Source: Candidatus Helarchaeota archaeon
GTDB lineage: Archaea; Asgardarchaeota; Lokiarchaeia; Helarchaeales; RDOG01
Length of the DNA stretch: 64,000 nt
Reading direction: 5' to 3'
NCBI GenBank assembly: GCA_019058315.1
Contig: JAHPZH010000009.1
Coordinates: 136,307 to 200,306, forward strand
The position numbers were made by a program, and so were the translations under genes. Shown in pieces: positions 61,805 to 64,000 of this stretch. Every line of letters starts with the position of its first letter. Positions within the stretch are counted from its first letter, which is position 1. The notes beneath the pieces are model-generated. The model worked only from the letters and a program-made list of their open reading frames with translations. It was not told where the DNA came from and made no database searches.

Positions 61805-64000
61805 ATGGAAAAACAGACTATTGGAACGATTTTAGGATTATGTCTTTCAATTTTTCTACTAATGTCGGGATATTTCATAAATCTACTTTCGGATTTAAAT
61901 GATCCTAATTTACATTGGATTTTTGGTATTATTGGTGGAATATCCTTTTTTGTTATAATTATTCTCTATTGTTTCAATGTGAAATTAGAAAGTACAACAT
62001 TGGAAGTCTCACCATTTATACCCTTAGGTGAATTCAGAAAGCGACAGCAAATCAGAATTTTAGAGAACTACAAATTTGTAGGGAGGAAAGAAGAACTTGA
62101 AAGGTTATATAGTGAATTTTTGAATGATCCAGACGAAAAAATAATCCTTATAAGTGGGGAAGGAGGGCTCGGGAAAACCAGATTGGCTATAGAATTTGGT
62201 AAAAAAGTCGACAATCTAAAAAATTGGGATGTTTACTTCGTGTCCCATGATGTACCGTTTAGCGGGGAGGGATTCGTAAAAAATACGCTATTTATTTTAG
62301 ATGAAATATCAAGATATGAGGATAGATTCGAGTTAATTCAATTGATACGTAATTATCCGACCAAAAAAACGAAATTAAAACTGCTATGTATTTCTCGTAA
62401 CCTATTTAAAAATTCTGTACTGAAGGATTTAACTGAACGGGGTATTCATGTTGATTCAATTGAGATTGAAAGACCCGATATCATATATTTTTTACAGAAA
62501 AATTATACAGATATAAATAAAGAAGACTTAGTTAAGATAGCTGAATTATCTAAAAATAATTTTGTATATGCCATTTTTTATGTGGAGTATTTCTATGAAA
62601 CGCGAACGTTTAAGGAATTAGAAGAGATCCTGGCTGAAAGGATTGAAAAATACATCAAAGACCTCGCAAGGATTTATGCGTTAAACCTACAGATAGCAAG
62701 AAGGATGATCGATGTCATTTCACTCGTTACACCCTTGGATTGGGATAGGGATAAAGAATTTCTTGGACGTAACTTGTCTGGGGAGGAATTTAACGTGTTA
62801 GAAAGTATTTTAAGCGCAATTCGCTCTGATCCATCTGACATCTTAATATTTTCTAACAATCAATATCTCTTTACATACGATCCAATAGCTGATTACTTAA
62901 GATCCCATGTGATATCTAGAAAACAATTCCTCGAGAATTGGATGGGACTCTTACTCCCTCAAATGCCATATAGAATTGTCTATAACATATATTCAACCCC
63001 CAGAATTCAATCAGATGATCAAAAAAATATATTGGACTTGTTAATTAAAGCAGAAGAATTATTGAAACACATCCAAAATAAAACTCCAGAATATTTCGAG
63101 GCTTTTATTTTTTTATGTGAAACTTGGAATGACGAAGGAGTTTATTTGGCAGAATTAGGAAACTTCGAGAATGCTATATCTTGCTATGATAAAGCACTGG
63201 AACTCGACCCCAAATTTGCCATGGCTTGGAATAACAAAGGAACTACATTAAGTAACTTGGGAAAATTCGAGGAAGCCATAGTTTGTTATGATAAAGCACT
63301 GGAGCTCGACCCCAAATATGCCATGATTTGGTATAACAAAGGAACTATATTATATAACTCGGGAAAATACGAGGACGCCATAGCCTGCTATGATAAAGCA
63401 CTGGAACTCGAATCCCAAGATAAAAGAGTTTGGAGTAACAAAGGAACTGCATTAAGTAACTTAGAAAAATACGAGGATGCCATAACTTGCTTCGATAAAG
63501 CGCTGGAACTCGACCCCAAATTTGCCAGGGCTTGGAATAACAAAGGAAATGCATTAAAAAACTTGGGAAAATACGAGGACGCCATAGCTTGCTATGATAA
63601 AGCACTGGAACTCGACCCCAAATTTGCCATGACTTGGAATAACAAAGGAAGTACATTAAAAAACTTAGAAAAATACGAGGATGCCATAGCGTGCCTCGAT
63701 AAAGCGCTGGAGCTCGACCCCAAATTTGCCATGGCTTGGAATAACAAAGGAAATGCATTAAGTAACTTGGGAAAATACAAGGGTGCCATAGCTTGCTATG
63801 ATAAAGCGCTGGAGCTCGACCCCAAATATGCCATGGCTTGGAGTAACAAAGGAAATACATTAAATAACTTGGGAAAATACAAGGGTGCCATAGCTTGCTT
63901 CGATAAAGCGCTGGAGCTCGACCCCAAATTTGCCATGGCTTGGAATAACAAAGGAAATGCATTAAGTAACTTGGGAAAATACAAGGGTGCCATAGCTTGC
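61805..64000 (+). CDS. 2-TM + STAND-class P-loop NTPase + TPR array, runs off the window (absent from ORF track)
   Basis: Manual translation: MEKQTIGTILGLCLSIFLL..., FVGRKEELERL, IILISGEGGLGKTRLAIEF (Walker A), LFILDE (Walker B), LLCISR, then TPRs; GAGAGGT SD. Confidence 0.85.
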   Translation, partial: MEKQTIGTILGLCLSIFLLMSGYFINLLSDLNDPNLHWIFGIIGGISFFVIIILYCFNVKLESTTLEVSPFIPLGEFRKRQQIRILENYKFVGRKEELERLYSEFLNDPDEKIILISGEGGLGKTRLAIEFGKKVDNLKNWDVYFVSHDVPFSGEGFVKNTLFILDEISRYEDRFELIQLIRNYPTKKTKLKLLCISRNLFKNSVLKDLTERGIHVDSIEIERPDIIYFLQKNYTDINKEDLVKIAELSKNNFVYAIFYVEYFYETRTFKELEEILAERIEKYIKDLARIYALNLQIARRMIDVISLVTPLDWDRDKEFLGRNLSGEEFNVLESILSAIRSDPSDILIFSNNQYLFTYDPIADYLRSHVISRKQFLENWMGLLLPQMPYRIVYNIYSTPRIQSDDQKNILDLLIKAEELLKHIQNKTPEYFEAFIFLCETWNDEGVYLAELGNFENAISCYDKALELDPKFAMAWNNKGTTLSNLGKFEEAIVCYDKALELDPKYAMIWYNKGTILYNSGKYEDAIACYDKALELESQDKRVWSNKGTALSNLEKYEDAITCFDKALELDPKFARAWNNKGNALKNLGKYEDAIACYDKALELDPKFAMTWNNKGSTLKNLEKYEDAIACLDKALELDPKFAMAWNNKGNALSNLGKYKGAIACYDKALELDPKYAMAWSNKGNTLNNLGKYKGAIACFDKALELDPKFAMAWNNKGNALSNLGKYKGAIAC
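63125..64000 (+). repeat. Tandem 102-nt coding repeat (TPR units), at least 8 copies
   Basis: Near-identical gataaagc(a/g)ctgga(a/g)ctcgaccccaaat(t/a)tgccatggcttggaataacaaagg units every 102 nt. Confidence 0.92.

Noticed and set aside
63125-64000. Regular repeats as a CRISPR array, and the minus-strand ORFs 63345..63962, 63388, 63592, 63796
   Set aside because: The 102-nt period has no unique spacers and encodes TPRs on the plus strand. The minus ORFs are shadows.

Overview
AT-rich archaeal chromosome segment, most likely from an Asgard archaeon (Lokiarchaeia/Helarchaeales-like). This is inferred from Rab-like GTPases, MIT/longin/ubiquitin-fold proteins, 7TM-longin proteins and F420 genes. 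Bases 1-24.6 kb are core genes: the proteasome-exosome superoperon (psmA, SBDS, rrp4, rrp41, rrp42, rpl37ae, pcc1, pfdB), a JAMM protease, cofC/cofD/nitroreductase, an HDAC-family deacetylase, tgtA, an Lsm protein, a thermosome subunit, tRNA-Glu, rpoA1/rpoA2/rpl30e/nusA and cofG/cofH. Bases 24.7-64 kb are accessory metabolic, TPR/LRR, small-GTPase and zinc-ribbon genes, ending in a truncated TM-STAND-TPR gene. Main finding: rrp41 and the HDAC gene look broken in the ORF track, but each is interrupted by a 32-nt intron in a bulge-helix-bulge (BHB) motif. Cutting at the canonical endonuclease positions restores the reading frame and the conserved motif in both. The nearby tRNA-Glu(CUC) carries three BHB-type introns. 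Together these point to tRNA-endonuclease-type mRNA splicing of housekeeping genes beyond the known cbf5 case. Other observations: a C/D-box-like sRNA, two paralogous AUA-start zinc-ribbon microproteins, an apparently shifted RpoA split with a Zn-finger insertion, a longin-ubiquitin fusion and a repeated intergenic element.
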